This document shows positions 54,943 to 64,000 of a stretch of 64,000 nt of DNA, piece after piece (position 1 is the first letter of the stretch; each line of letters begins with the position of its first letter). The notes under the pieces are model-generated. The model ran no database searches. It was not told the origin of the DNA and saw nothing but the letters and a program-made list of their open reading frames with translations. A program made the position numbers and the translations under genes. This DNA comes from Candidatus Eiseniibacteriota bacterium (GTDB lineage Bacteria; Eisenbacteria; RBG-16-71-46; JABDJR01), in the NCBI GenBank assembly GCA_963783375.1, contig CAWANH010000028.1, positions 960,001 through 1,024,000 on the forward strand, given 5' to 3'.

Positions 54943-56595
54943 TCATCCCAGCAGGGACGGCTCGTAGCCCTCCGGCGGCTTGAACCCCATGAGCTCCAGC
55001 AGGGTGGCCGCGATGTTGGCCAGGCCGGCCTCGGGGAGATCGTTCCGGAACGCCACGGGTTCGCCGTCGAAGCGCGTCACCCAGAACCCCACCGGGTTCA
55101 GGCTGTGGCTGGTGCGGTTCTCGGGATCGCCGTCGGGCCGAAGCTTGGGGGTCCCGGTCTTGTCCCGCTCCACCATGTCGTCGGCGTTTCCGTGGTCGGC
55201 GGTCACGATCAGCGTGCCCTCGAGCTTCCGCATCACCGGGACCAGCCGCGAGAGGCAAAGGTCCACCGACTCCACCGCGATCACCGTGGGCTCGAACTTT
55301 CCGGTGTGCCCCACCATGTCGCCGTTGGCGTAGTTGACGCGGAGGAACCGGTAGCGGCCGGAGTTGAGCGCCTGGATGGTCTGGTCGGTGACCTCGGCCG
55401 CCTTCATCCAGGGGCGCTGGTCGAAGGGCACCCCGTCCGAGGCGATCTCCCGGTAGGTCTCGAGCGCGTCGTCGAACTTTCCGCCGCGGTTCCCGTTCCA
55501 GAAATAGGTGACGTGGCCGAACTTCTGGGCTTCGGCCAGGGCGAACTGGGTCACCCCGGCCGAGGCCAGGTACTCGCTCACCGTGCGGTCGATGTGGGGG
55601 GGCGTGACCAGGTAGTGCCCGGGGATCCCGTACTCGCCGTCGTAGAGGGTCATCCCCGCAAAGTAGAGATCGGGAATCCGGCCCCGGTCGAACTCGTCGA
55701 ACTCCGGGCCGCCGTCGAAGGCCCGGCTCACCTCCAGGGCCCGGTCGCCCCGGAAGTTGAAGAAGACGACGGCGTCCCCGTCCTTCATCGGCCCCACCGG
55801 TTTCCCGTCCTCGGCCACCACGAACGACGGGAGGTACTGGTCGATGATCCCCGGCTCCTCCTCGCGGAAGGTTTCGACGGCCTCGCGGGCGCTCGCGAAC
55901 GCGCGGCCCTCGCCGTGGACCTGGGCCTTCCACCCGCGCTCCACCATCCCCCAGTCGTTCTCGTAGCGGTCCATGGTGGTGGTCATGCGGCCACCCCCCG
56001 AGGCGATCCGGTAGCGGCGGCCGTCCTTGCCGTCGATCGTCTTCAGCACCGCTTCCAGGCGGTCCACGTAGGTGAGGGCCGAGGTCTCGGGGACGTCCCG
56101 GCCGTCGAGGAGGACGTGAACGTAGACGGCGGGAAAACCCTCCTGGTCCGCCTCGCGGATGAGCGCGTGGAGGTGGCGCTCGTGGCTGTGCACGTTGCCG
56201 TCGGAGAGAAGGCCGATGAGATGGAGGGCGCCGTGACCGTCCGCGCAGCGCTTCTGGATTTCACCCCAGACCTCCCCCTGGAAGATGGAGCCGGCCTCGA
56301 TCGCCTCGTTCGCCCGAAGGGCGCCCTGCCCGAAGACCCGGCCCGCCCCGATCGCGTTGTGGCCGACCTCGGAGTTCCCCATGTCCTCGTCCGAGGGAAG
56401 CCCCACCGCGGTTCCGTGGGCGCGGAGGGTGCGGAAGGCGCCCCGCTCCCGCAGGCGGTCCAGGGTCGGGGTGCGGGCCGCGGCCACCGCGTCCCCGGCG
56501 TCGCCCCGCCCCACGCCGACCCCGTCCATGATCACGATGAGGAGAGGGCCCTTCACCGGGCGCACGCGTTCCGAGGGTTCGAGTTCGAGCTTCAA
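54943..56595 (-). CDS. gpmI: 2,3-bisphosphoglycerate-independent phosphoglycerate mutase
   Basis: IMDGVG, MGNSEVGH, SDGNVHSH, NFRGDRA, HVTYFWNG, DMVGHTG, TADHGN; TTG start after GGAGG. Confidence 0.94.
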   Translation of the reverse strand: MKLELEPSERVRPVKGPLLIVIMDGVGVGRGDAGDAVAAARTPTLDRLRERGAFRTLRAHGTAVGLPSDEDMGNSEVGHNAIGAGRVFGQGALRANEAIEAGSIFQGEVWGEIQKRCADGHGALHLIGLLSDGNVHSHERHLHALIREADQEGFPAVYVHVLLDGRDVPETSALTYVDRLEAVLKTIDGKDGRRYRIASGGGRMTTTMDRYENDWGMVERGWKAQVHGEGRAFASAREAVETFREEEPGIIDQYLPSFVVAEDGKPVGPMKDGDAVVFFNFRGDRALEVSRAFDGGPEFDEFDRGRIPDLYFAGMTLYDGEYGIPGHYLVTPPHIDRTVSEYLASAGVTQFALAEAQKFGHVTYFWNGNRGGKFDDALETYREIASDGVPFDQRPWMKAAEVTDQTIQALNSGRYRFLRVNYANGDMVGHTGKFEPTVIAVESVDLCLSRLVPVMRKLEGTLIVTADHGNADDMVERDKTGTPKLRPDGDPENRTSHSLNPVGFWVTRFDGEPVAFRNDLPEAGLANIAATLLELMGFKPPEGYEPSLLG

Positions 56596-56704
56596 GCCGG
56601 CCTCCGTCCTGTGGTTGCGGAAATCTGGCCCGGGCAGGGCGCCCGAAGAGTGTAGCGCAGGGGGCGCGGGCGGGTCGCCGGCCCGCGGTCGCCGGCCGTG
56701 CCGG

Positions 56705-57498
56705 TCAGCGCGACCGCGATCGGCGCGCGGCGGCCAGGAAGTCGCAGAGCACGTCCTCGGAGTCCTTCCAGATCGGTCCCGGGGGGAGGGACTGCGGGTC
56801 GCCGCCGGCGAGCAGGAACCGTGTCTGGGCTCTCGCCGCCGCGACCCCGCCGGTGAGCGGGACCACCTCCCCCGCCGACGTGATGATGAGCGCCGCGGGG
56901 GGGAGGGCCACCGGGTGAGGGCCCGGAGTCGATCGACCACCTCGCGGGCCCGCTCGGGCTTGGTCGCTTCCTGGCGAATGAGAGCGGGATAGACGTTCCA
57001 CTCCTTCCCCCGGCCCTTCCTTCGGATGCGGATCTCCTCGTAGCCGGTGACCAGGGCCTCGTCCAGGAGATCGGAGGACTCGAGCACCGCCATGGCCGCG
57101 GCGGGACCCTTGGCCCGGAAGGCCGCCGCGCCGGCGACCAGGAGGCTGTCGATCTCGTCGTTGTAGATCGCGGCGGCATCGCGGAAGGTGGCGCCCTGCT
57201 TCATGAGCGACCGCACGCGGGGGATCTTCTGCAGGTCCGACGTGAGCTTGGGGTCGGGGGTGACGAGGTCGCCGCACCGCCGGAAGAGGCGAACCCCGTC
57301 GATGGTGAACTCCCCGTCGCCGTAGCGGCAGGCCAGCGACTCCGGCGGAGCTTCGACCCCGGCAACCCACGCCGCCTCGGCGGGGATCCGCACCGTCTCG
57401 ACCCAGGCGGTGTCGGCGGGGGCGCCGGCGCGAACCGGACCGGGGCCGACGGCGAGGACGCCCAGACCCAGGAGCGCCGCCTGCCGCCGCGATCTCAC
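56705..57498 (-). CDS. Hypothetical exported protein, paralog A, frameshifted at G7 56897-56903
   Basis: Signal peptide; adding one base restores PAALIITS...SLPPGPIW, colinear with the adjacent paralog. Confidence 0.7.
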
Positions 57499-57532
57499 CG
57501 CACCGACTCCGCGGCGTGGGCCTGGAGGCCGG

Positions 57533-58237
57533 TCATCGGGATCGCGACCGGCGGCCCGCGGCCTCGAAGTCGCGGATCAGGTCCCGCGAGTCCCTCCAGA
57601 TCGGGCCCGGAGGGAGGGAATCCGGATCGGATCCCGAGAGGAGAAAGTTCACCTGGCGTTCGGCGGCTCCCGCGTCGCCGGTCAGGGGGATGACCGTCCC
57701 CGAGGAAGTGATGATCAGGGCCGCGGGCCCGCGCGACCACCGCGCGACGGTTTCGAGCGCGGCCCGGGTCCGCTCGGCCTTGGCGAGGTCCTCCTCCCCC
57801 ACCAGCTCGCCGTGATTGTGAAGGATGTTGTCCGCGCCGGTGTCGTAGGAGAGGCCGTCGGACCGGGTGACCCGGAAGTCCCCGTCCTCCGAGACGACGA
57901 CCGTATCCACGAGGGCCGAGGCCGCAAACACCCGGCGGGCGGTGTCCGCGCCGCCGGCGCGAAACGCCCGGGCCGCCGCCAGCTCGAGGGCGTCGATTCC
58001 CTCCTGGCCGGGGAGCGAAGGCTTCACGAACATCGGAATCCCGTTGATGAGGAATCCCCGGGAGGAGAACGCGCAGACCAGGGGATCGGAGGCGGTCGCG
58101 ATTCCGGCGACCCACGCCTTCTCCGCGGCGACTCGAACCGTGTCCGCCCAGGCGGTGTCGGGATCGGCGAGCACGGCAACCGGATCGCGGGGCCCGGGGA
58201 GGAACCCGAGGACGAAGAGGAAGGTCATGATGGCCAT
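57533..58237 (-). CDS. Hypothetical exported protein, paralog B
   Basis: GGAG RBS; DTAWADTVRV..EKAWVAG, PAALIITS, SLPPGPIW shared with paralog A. Confidence 0.72.
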   Translation of the reverse strand: MAIMTFLFVLGFLPGPRDPVAVLADPDTAWADTVRVAAEKAWVAGIATASDPLVCAFSSRGFLINGIPMFVKPSLPGQEGIDALELAAARAFRAGGADTARRVFAASALVDTVVVSEDGDFRVTRSDGLSYDTGADNILHNHGELVGEEDLAKAERTRAALETVARWSRGPAALIITSSGTVIPLTGDAGAAERQVNFLLSGSDPDSLPPGPIWRDSRDLIRDFEAAGRRSRSR

Positions 58238-58412
58238 GGTGATCTCCGGGTGTGGGGTCCGGACGGTCCAGGGGCCGACGGACGCCGGGATCCTTCGATC
58301 GGACGGCGCCGCCACGCCTTGGTGATCCGTGACCCCCATTCTAGACAGACGCGGGCCATTCCGGAACCGGGGTTGCGGGGGGCCTCGGAGGGGCGGACCC
58401 TTGCGTCCTGGG

Positions 58413-58506
58413 GGACCAATCTACCCACACGAATGGACCAATTTTCCCCTTGAATCCCCCAATGTGGACTCGTTAAGCTTCATGAGGACCCAGCCAATGG
58501 ACCAAT
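58413..58506 (+). promoter_or_regulatory. Putative PdxR operator repeats flanking a sigma70 promoter
   Basis: AATGGACCAAT at 58432 and 58496; GGACCAAT also at 58413; TTGAAT (58450), 18 nt, TAAGCT (58474). Confidence 0.62.
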
Positions 58507-58510
58507 AAAT

Positions 58511-60064
58511 ATGCCAATTCTGAACGATCTGCAACTCGACAAGCGGGCCCCCGGGTCCCTGGTGGACCAGCTCCAGGAGGAGATCGTCCGCCGCGTTCGC
58601 GGGGGGGCGCTCCGCCCCGGCGACCGGCTCCCGCCCAGCCGCCAGCTCGCCGACGCCCTGGGGGTGAACCGGGGGACGGTGACCGCGGCCTACGAGGCGC
58701 TCCGCGAGCGCGGGATCCTGGACGGACAGGTGGGGCGCGGCACCTTCGTGGCCGGGAACCCCGCGCCGGCCGCCCCCGGCGTCACCTACCCCATGCCCCA
58801 CGATGAAGCCAGGGACGCCGGGCCCTCGCGCTTCCGCTGGCAGGACCACTTCGCCGGCTTCGAGCCGCCTCCCGAGGAGCATGCGCTCCGCGAGGCCGCG
58901 GCGGGCGCCGGCCGGGACGTGATCTCCTTCGCCGGAGGGGTGCCCGACCCGGGCCTCTTTCCCACCGACGCGTTCCGGAAGGCGTTGGACCGGGTGCTTC
59001 GCGAGGAGGGGAGCGCGCTTCTCGCCTACGGCGCGCCCGAGGGGCACCGTGGGTTCCTGGAGTTCCTGAAGAGATACCTGGCCGGACGCGGGGTGGCGAC
59101 TTCCGACGACGAGCTTCTGGTGGTGAACGGTTCCCAGCAGGCGGTGGATCTCCTCGCCCGGGCCTTTCTCCGGCCCGGAGACACGGTGGTGGTGGAGGAG
59201 CCGACCTACTACGGAGCGATCGAACTCTTCCAGGGTTACGGCGCGCGGCTGGTCGGGGTGCCGGTGGACGGCGAGGGGATCCGGGTGGACGCGGCCGAGG
59301 CGGTTCTCGCCCGCGAGCGGCCCAAGCTTCTCTACGTGATGCCGACCTTCCAGAACCCCACCGGCGGGTGCCTCTCCTCATCCCGTCGCGAGGCCCTGGT
59401 GCGCCTCTGCGCGCGGTTCGAGGTGCCGGTGGTGGAGGACGACTTCGACGGGGAACTCTATTTCGACGAACCCCCACCTCCCCCCTTGAAGAGCCTTCCG
59501 ATGAGCGACGGTGTGATCTACATCGGCACCCCCAGCAAGATGCTCTTTCCCGGGCTTCGGATCGGGTGGATCGCCGCGGCGTCGCCGGTGGTGAACCGCC
59601 TCGCCCGCATCCGCCGGCTGGCCGACCTCTCGGGTTCTCCGCTCCTGCAGGCTGCGCTGGCCGGGTTCGCGGACACCGGAGCTCTCGACCGGCATATGAA
59701 GGTGGTGCGGGAGGCCTACGGCCGGCGGGTGGAGCGCCTCACCGCCGCCCTGGCCCGCGCGATGCCCGAAGGGGTGACCTGGACCCGGCCCCGCGGGGGG
59801 CTCTCGCTCCTGGTCACCCTCCCGGAGGGTCTGGACAGCGGGTTGCTCCTCTCGGAGGCGGCCCGCGCCGGGGTGCTCTACTCCCCCGGCCGCATGTTCT
59901 TCGTGGGTGACGGCGCGCGTCACCTGCGACTGTCGTTCGGAAACGTGGCCACCGAGGACGTGGAGGAAGGCGCCCGGCGCCTGGCCGGCGTTCTCACCCA
60001 GGCCCTGGCTCGCGGAACCGGGCGCCCCCGCCGCATGGAGGGGATCGCGCTCCCGCCGGTATAA
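58511..60064 (+). CDS. pdxR: MocR/GabR-family regulator (GntR wHTH plus PLP aminotransferase domain), PdxR-like
   Basis: [55 protein letters not shown]; precedes pdxST. Confidence 0.85.
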   Translation: MPILNDLQLDKRAPGSLVDQLQEEIVRRVRGGALRPGDRLPPSRQLADALGVNRGTVTAAYEALRERGILDGQVGRGTFVAGNPAPAAPGVTYPMPHDEARDAGPSRFRWQDHFAGFEPPPEEHALREAAAGAGRDVISFAGGVPDPGLFPTDAFRKALDRVLREEGSALLAYGAPEGHRGFLEFLKRYLAGRGVATSDDELLVVNGSQQAVDLLARAFLRPGDTVVVEEPTYYGAIELFQGYGARLVGVPVDGEGIRVDAAEAVLARERPKLLYVMPTFQNPTGGCLSSSRREALVRLCARFEVPVVEDDFDGELYFDEPPPPPLKSLPMSDGVIYIGTPSKMLFPGLRIGWIAAASPVVNRLARIRRLADLSGSPLLQAALAGFADTGALDRHMKVVREAYGRRVERLTAALARAMPEGVTWTRPRGGLSLLVTLPEGLDSGLLLSEAARAGVLYSPGRMFFVGDGARHLRLSFGNVATEDVEEGARRLAGVLTQALARGTGRPRRMEGIALPPV

Positions 60065-60114
60065 CGTTGGAGGAAGGCGCCGGTGACACGGCGCCCGAAG
60101 AAGGAGATCGAGCG

Positions 60115-60999
60115 ATGAGCACCGAATACACGCCCCGGCTCAAGACCGGGCTGGCCGAGATGCTGAAGGGCGGGGTGATCATGGACGTCACCAACGCCGA
60201 CCAGGCGAAGATCGCGGAGGACGGGGGCGCGGTCGCGGTCATGGCCCTGGAGCGCGTCCCCGCGGACATCCGCCGGGAGGGCGGGGTGGTCCGCATGTCC
60301 TCGGTGGAGAAGATCCGCGAGATCATGGACACGGTCTCGATCCCGGTCATGGCCAAGTGCCGGATCGGCCATTTCGCCGAGGCCCAGATGCTGGAGCAGA
60401 TGGGAGTGGATTACATCGACGAGAGCGAGGTCCTGACCCCGGCCGACGAGGCCTTCCACGTGGACAAGTTCAAGTTCAAGACCCCCTTCGTCTGCGGTTG
60501 CACCAACCTTTCCGAGGCGCTTCGTCGGATCGGCGAGGGGGCGGCGCTCATCCGCTCCAAGGGCGAGGCGGGAACCGGGGACGTGGTCCAGGCGGTCCGC
60601 CACCTCCGAAACGCCCTCGGCCACATCAAGCGGCTGAGCGTGATGCCCGAGGAAGAGCTGATGACCGAGGCCAAGACCATGGGCGCCCCCTACGAGCTGG
60701 TGCGGATGGTGGCCAAGGCCGGAAAGCTCCCGGTGCCGCTCTTCTGCGCCGGCGGGCTCGCCACCCCGGCCGACGCATCGCTGGTGATGCAGCTCGGCGC
60801 GGAGTCGGTCTTCGTGGGAAGCGGCATCTTCAAGTCCGGGAACCCGGCCAAGCGGGCGCGGGCCATCGTCGAGGCGGTCACCCACTTCCGCGACCCCGAG
60901 GTCCTGGTCCGGGTGAGCGAGGGACTGGGCGAGGCCATGGTGGGGATCAGCGCCTCCCAGCTCGACGAGAAGGAACTGCTGGAGACCCGCGGGTGGTGA
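60115..60999 (+). CDS. pdxS: Pyridoxal 5'-phosphate synthase lyase subunit
   Basis: [50 protein letters not shown]. Confidence 0.96.
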   Translation: MSTEYTPRLKTGLAEMLKGGVIMDVTNADQAKIAEDGGAVAVMALERVPADIRREGGVVRMSSVEKIREIMDTVSIPVMAKCRIGHFAEAQMLEQMGVDYIDESEVLTPADEAFHVDKFKFKTPFVCGCTNLSEALRRIGEGAALIRSKGEAGTGDVVQAVRHLRNALGHIKRLSVMPEEELMTEAKTMGAPYELVRMVAKAGKLPVPLFCAGGLATPADASLVMQLGAESVFVGSGIFKSGNPAKRARAIVEAVTHFRDPEVLVRVSEGLGEAMVGISASQLDEKELLETRGW

Positions 61000-61682
61000 C
61001 CGAGACCGCTCCCCACCGGCCGCGGGTCGGCGTTCTCGCGTTGCAAGGGGATTTCGCCCTCCACCGCCGGGCTCTCGAGGCGGTGGGGGCGGAGGTGGCG
61101 GAGGTCCGCGATCCCGAAGACCTCAAGGGCCTCGACGGCCTGGTGCTTCCCGGCGGCGAGACCACCACCATGCTCCGGCTCATGGACGGGACGGCCATGG
61201 AGGAGGCGATCCGGGGGTTCGTCCGCGACGGGGGCGCGGTGTTCGGCACCTGCGCCGGGCTGATCCTGTTGGCTCGGCGGGTCTCCCATCCCGATCAGCG
61301 CGCTCTGGGAATCCTGGACGCCGAGGTGGAGCGAAACGCCTACGGGCGCCAGATCGACTCCTTCGAGACCGACCTCCCCTGGACCGAGGGCACCGATCGC
61401 ATTCGCGGGGTGTTCATCCGGGCACCGAGGATCCGCGAGGTGGGCCCGGGGGTGCGCGTCCTGGCCGCGGTGGAGGGCGAGCCGGTGCTGGTCCGCGAAG
61501 GGCGCGTCCTCGCCGCCACCTTCCACCCCGAGCTCACCGACGACACCCGGGTGCACCGGTACTTCCTGGAGCAGGTGCTGAACGGCGGGGGGCGCTCACC
61601 GGAACCGGGGCGACCGGATGCCGAAGCATCGGGCGGCGTGACGCGGCCCGCGTGGGCGAAGTCCGGCGGAAACCCGGCGTGA
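60996..61682 (+). CDS. pdxT: PLP synthase glutaminase subunit
   Basis: GVLALQG, LPGGE.T, GTCAGLI, RNAYGRQ.DSF, FIRAP, FHPEL; GTGA overlap. Confidence 0.95.
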   Translation: MTETAPHRPRVGVLALQGDFALHRRALEAVGAEVAEVRDPEDLKGLDGLVLPGGETTTMLRLMDGTAMEEAIRGFVRDGGAVFGTCAGLILLARRVSHPDQRALGILDAEVERNAYGRQIDSFETDLPWTEGTDRIRGVFIRAPRIREVGPGVRVLAAVEGEPVLVREGRVLAATFHPELTDDTRVHRYFLEQVLNGGGRSPEPGRPDAEASGGVTRPAWAKSGGNPA

Positions 61683-62548
61683 CGCGGGGCCGCGCCTGGC
61701 TGGCGCCCGCGCTCGCGATCGCCCTGGCCGCCGCGGCGGCCGCCCGCCCCGAGGCCAAGGGGACGCCCCTGAGCGAGCCGCGCCCGGACGGGCCGGTGGC
61801 TCCCGCCGCCTACGGCTGGCTCCTGGATCACTTCGTGGTGACGGTCGATCTTCCCGGCGGCGGCCACGAGAGCCGTTTCGACTACGCCGATCTCCTGGCC
61901 GAGACCGATCAGGCCGCGGTCCGCGGTCACGTCCGCGAGCGCTTCCTGGCCGTGGACGAGGGAGCGCTCGAGCCCGCCGCCCGCACCGCGTGGGCGATCA
62001 ACGCCTACAACTTCTTCGTGATCGACACCGTGCTCGACCACTACCTGGACGCGGCCGGCGACACCTTGAAGTCGATCTCGGACATCGGGTCCAAGCCCTT
62101 CGCGGTCTTCGACGAGCCGCTCATCCCGGTGGCCGGGACCACCTACAGCCTGAACCGGTTCGAGACCCACTTCCTGTTCCACGACGTGGACCGGAAGAGC
62201 GGCCGGGCTCCGGCCGGACTCGACCCGCGGATCCACTTCGCCCTGGTCTGCGCGGCCCGGGGCTGTCCGCCGCTCGCCGCCGAGCCCTATCGCGCCGAGA
62301 CCCTGGACGAGCAGCTCGACGAGGCGGTCGAGAACGCTCTCCGGAGTCCGCGCCAGCTTCGCCTGGAGGGGGACACCCTCCACGTCTCCCGGATCTTCGA
62401 CTGGTACGCGGTCGACTTCGGGGGGGCGGAGGGGGTGCGCGCGTACCTCGCCCGCTACGCACCGGCGCCGGCTCGCGAGAAGCTCGCCGCCGGCGCGGCC
62501 ATTCTCCCCGACCTCGAGTGGGACTGGTCGCTCAACCGGCCCCGGTGA
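61679..62548 (+). CDS. DUF547 domain exported protein
   Basis: AWAINAYN, DPRIHFALVCAARGCP, SRIFDWY..DF, DWSLN. Confidence 0.88.
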   Translation: MTRGRAWLAPALAIALAAAAAARPEAKGTPLSEPRPDGPVAPAAYGWLLDHFVVTVDLPGGGHESRFDYADLLAETDQAAVRGHVRERFLAVDEGALEPAARTAWAINAYNFFVIDTVLDHYLDAAGDTLKSISDIGSKPFAVFDEPLIPVAGTTYSLNRFETHFLFHDVDRKSGRAPAGLDPRIHFALVCAARGCPPLAAEPYRAETLDEQLDEAVENALRSPRQLRLEGDTLHVSRIFDWYAVDFGGAEGVRAYLARYAPAPAREKLAAGAAILPDLEWDWSLNRPR

Positions 62549-62573
62549 CCGCCTACCGGGAGGACTCTCGCCC

Positions 62574-63488
62574 ATGGATCCCCTGAAGTTCACCACCGTG
62601 GCCCACCGCGACCACCTCTACCTGAACCCCATCGGGGCGGAGACGATGGAGCGGGTGATGGCGCTCCTGGATCTCGCGCCGTCGGCGCGGGTGTTCGAGG
62701 CGGGGTGCGGGAAGGGGGAGCTCCTGGTGCGGCTGGTGGAGCGGTTCGGGTGCTCGGCGGTCGGAGTCGATGTGAACCCGGCGTTCCTCGACACGGCGCG
62801 GGAGAAGGCGCGATCGCGGGCGCCCCGGGCCGACCTCAGGTTCCTGGAGGCGAAGGCGCTGGAGTTCACCGCCGAGCCGCGGTCCTTCGACCTCGCCGTC
62901 GCCATCGGGGCGAGCCACGCCTACGGGGATTATGACCGGACGCTCACCGCGCTGGGCGGGCTGGTCCGCCCGGGAGGACGGGTGCTGATCGGCGAGGGAT
63001 ACTGGAAGCGGCCCCCCGATCCGGGCTACCTGACCGCTCTCGGGGCTTCGGCGGACGAACTCTGCGGCCACGAGGAGAACGTGACCCGGGCGGCGGCGAT
63101 GGGCTTCGTCCCGGTCTTCAGCACCGTGAGCGGCGACGCCGAGTGGGACGCCTACGAGGGGCTCTACCACCGGACGGTGGAGGACTACGTGGCCGCGCAT
63201 CCCGAGGACCCCGACGCGCCGGCCATGGCCGAGCGGATCCGCCGCTGGCGCGAGGCCTACCTCCGATGGGGGCGGGACACCCTGGGGTTCGGGCTCTACC
63301 TGTTCGAGACGGGCGGGTCCGGCCCAGGAACGGCGAGCCCCGGCCAGCGGCGGCGCGGACCAGTCCGACTTGTGGCCCGGGCCGGCTCGGCCCCCCGGGG
63401 CCTGTGGCCCGGGTCGGCGACCGGGTCTCGCGGCCCGGGCGGTCCGACTTGTGGCCCGGTCCGCCCCGCGCTAACGTCTGTCTGTTGA
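62574..63488 (+). CDS. Class I SAM-dependent methyltransferase (YjhP-like); C-terminal tail of about 55 aa is doubtful
   Basis: EAGCGKGE, GVD, FDLA..IGA, RPGG..LIGEGYW, EWD.YE. Confidence 0.85.
   Translation: MDPLKFTTVAHRDHLYLNPIGAETMERVMALLDLAPSARVFEAGCGKGELLVRLVERFGCSAVGVDVNPAFLDTAREKARSRAPRADLRFLEAKALEFTAEPRSFDLAVAIGASHAYGDYDRTLTALGGLVRPGGRVLIGEGYWKRPPDPGYLTALGASADELCGHEENVTRAAAMGFVPVFSTVSGDAEWDAYEGLYHRTVEDYVAAHPEDPDAPAMAERIRRWREAYLRWGRDTLGFGLYLFETGGSGPGTASPGQRRRGPVRLVARAGSAPRGLWPGSATGSRGPGGPTCGPVRPALTSVC
63363..63459 (+). repeat. 18-nt direct repeat pair with two degenerate internal copies
   Basis: GTCCGACTTGTGGCCCGG at 63363 and 63442; TGTGGCCCGGG at 63403; CGCGGCCCGGG at 63429. Confidence 0.65.
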
Positions 63489-63571
63489 GAACGCAAGATC
63501 AGACGAAGACCGAGTATCATTGAGCCCCCGGCGGGAAGCACGCGAGGGGGAAACGGAGAGGGGAGGACGTC

Positions 63572-63877
63572 ATGGGCGCTCACGAAGGACTTCACGAGGA
63601 TCCCAAGGACCTTTCGAACGAAACCAAGGATCTCCACCGCGCCATCGTCTCGCTCCAGGAGGAGCTGGAGGCGGTGGACTGGTACAACCAGCGGGTGGAT
63701 GCCTGCCACAACAAGGAGCTGAAGGCGATCCTCGCCCACAACCGGGACGAGGAGAAGGAGCACGCTTCGATGCTCCTGGAGTGGATCCGCCGGAACGACC
63801 CCCGCTTCGCCCACGAACTCCGTGATTATCTCTTCACCGAGAAGGACGTCGTGGAGAGCGAGGGGGGGAAGAAGTAG
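63572..63877 (+). CDS. Encapsulin-associated ferritin-like protein (EncFtn/Flp family)
   Basis: HRAI.SL.EELEAVDWY.QR...HNRDEEKEH..MLLEWIRR.D; GGAGG RBS. Confidence 0.9.
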   Translation: MGAHEGLHEDPKDLSNETKDLHRAIVSLQEELEAVDWYNQRVDACHNKELKAILAHNRDEEKEHASMLLEWIRRNDPRFAHELRDYLFTEKDVVESEGGKK

Positions 63878-63933
63878 CGCTTCGAGCCCCGGCGCGGCGC
63901 TCGGGATCGGCGCCCCATCGGCTCGGCACTCCG

Positions 63934-63974
63934 CGCTCGCTCGGAACGTCCACTGGACGTTCCATCGCTCGCTC
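63934..63974. repeat. REP-like palindrome
   Basis: GGAACGTCC-ACT-GGACGTTCC flanked on both sides by CGCTCGCTC. Confidence 0.6.
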
Positions 63975-64000
63975 TTCCGGCGCGATGGGACCCGCTTCGC

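Noticed and set aside
54943-57498. 851-aa 'secreted phosphoglycerate mutase' fusion ORF
   Set aside because: gpmI has its own GGAGG and TTG at 56595; the junction translates as low-complexity off-frame sequence caused by the G7 indel in the upstream paralog
63363-63459. Possible mini-CRISPR array
   Set aside because: Only two exact 18-nt copies, irregular spacing, repeat-like interior and no cas genes in the window

Overview
Gene-dense, very GC-rich (roughly 70% by eye) bacterial chromosome segment with about 51 CDS. I found no rRNA, tRNA, CRISPR array, prophage or transposase. Housekeeping genes include acpS, nnr, ogt, class II RNR nrdJ with an NrdR box, rrf2-iscS, amrS, a thiD-like kinase, serB, a kbl/bioF-like enzyme, gpmI, pdxR-pdxS-pdxT and an encapsulin-type ferritin. 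Envelope and secretion genes include two proteases with FlgD-Ig C-termini, two FadL/PorV-like barrels (one fused to SppA), a GT2/LAB_N/ArnT trio and a GT-C/TPR protein. This content suggests a diderm FCB-group candidate lineage such as Eisenbacteria, Krumholzibacteria or Latescibacteria (inference only). The best leads are: (i) a translationally coupled HEAT-repeat/HD-GYP pair sharing an unnamed N-terminal domain, near a His-retaining but ATP-box-degenerate pseudo-kinase, plus a distant Rossmann-GAF-degenerate-GGDEF protein; (ii) a beta-barrel-SppA fusion and T9SS-like cargo; (iii) two structured intergenic RNA candidates, two sigma54 promoters and a recurring AT-rich bipartite motif; (iv) several unassigned small or secreted protein families. 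Three apparent frameshifts lie in G/C runs and are probably long-read errors; one creates a false 851-aa gpmI fusion. Family calls rest on motif recognition, not database searches.
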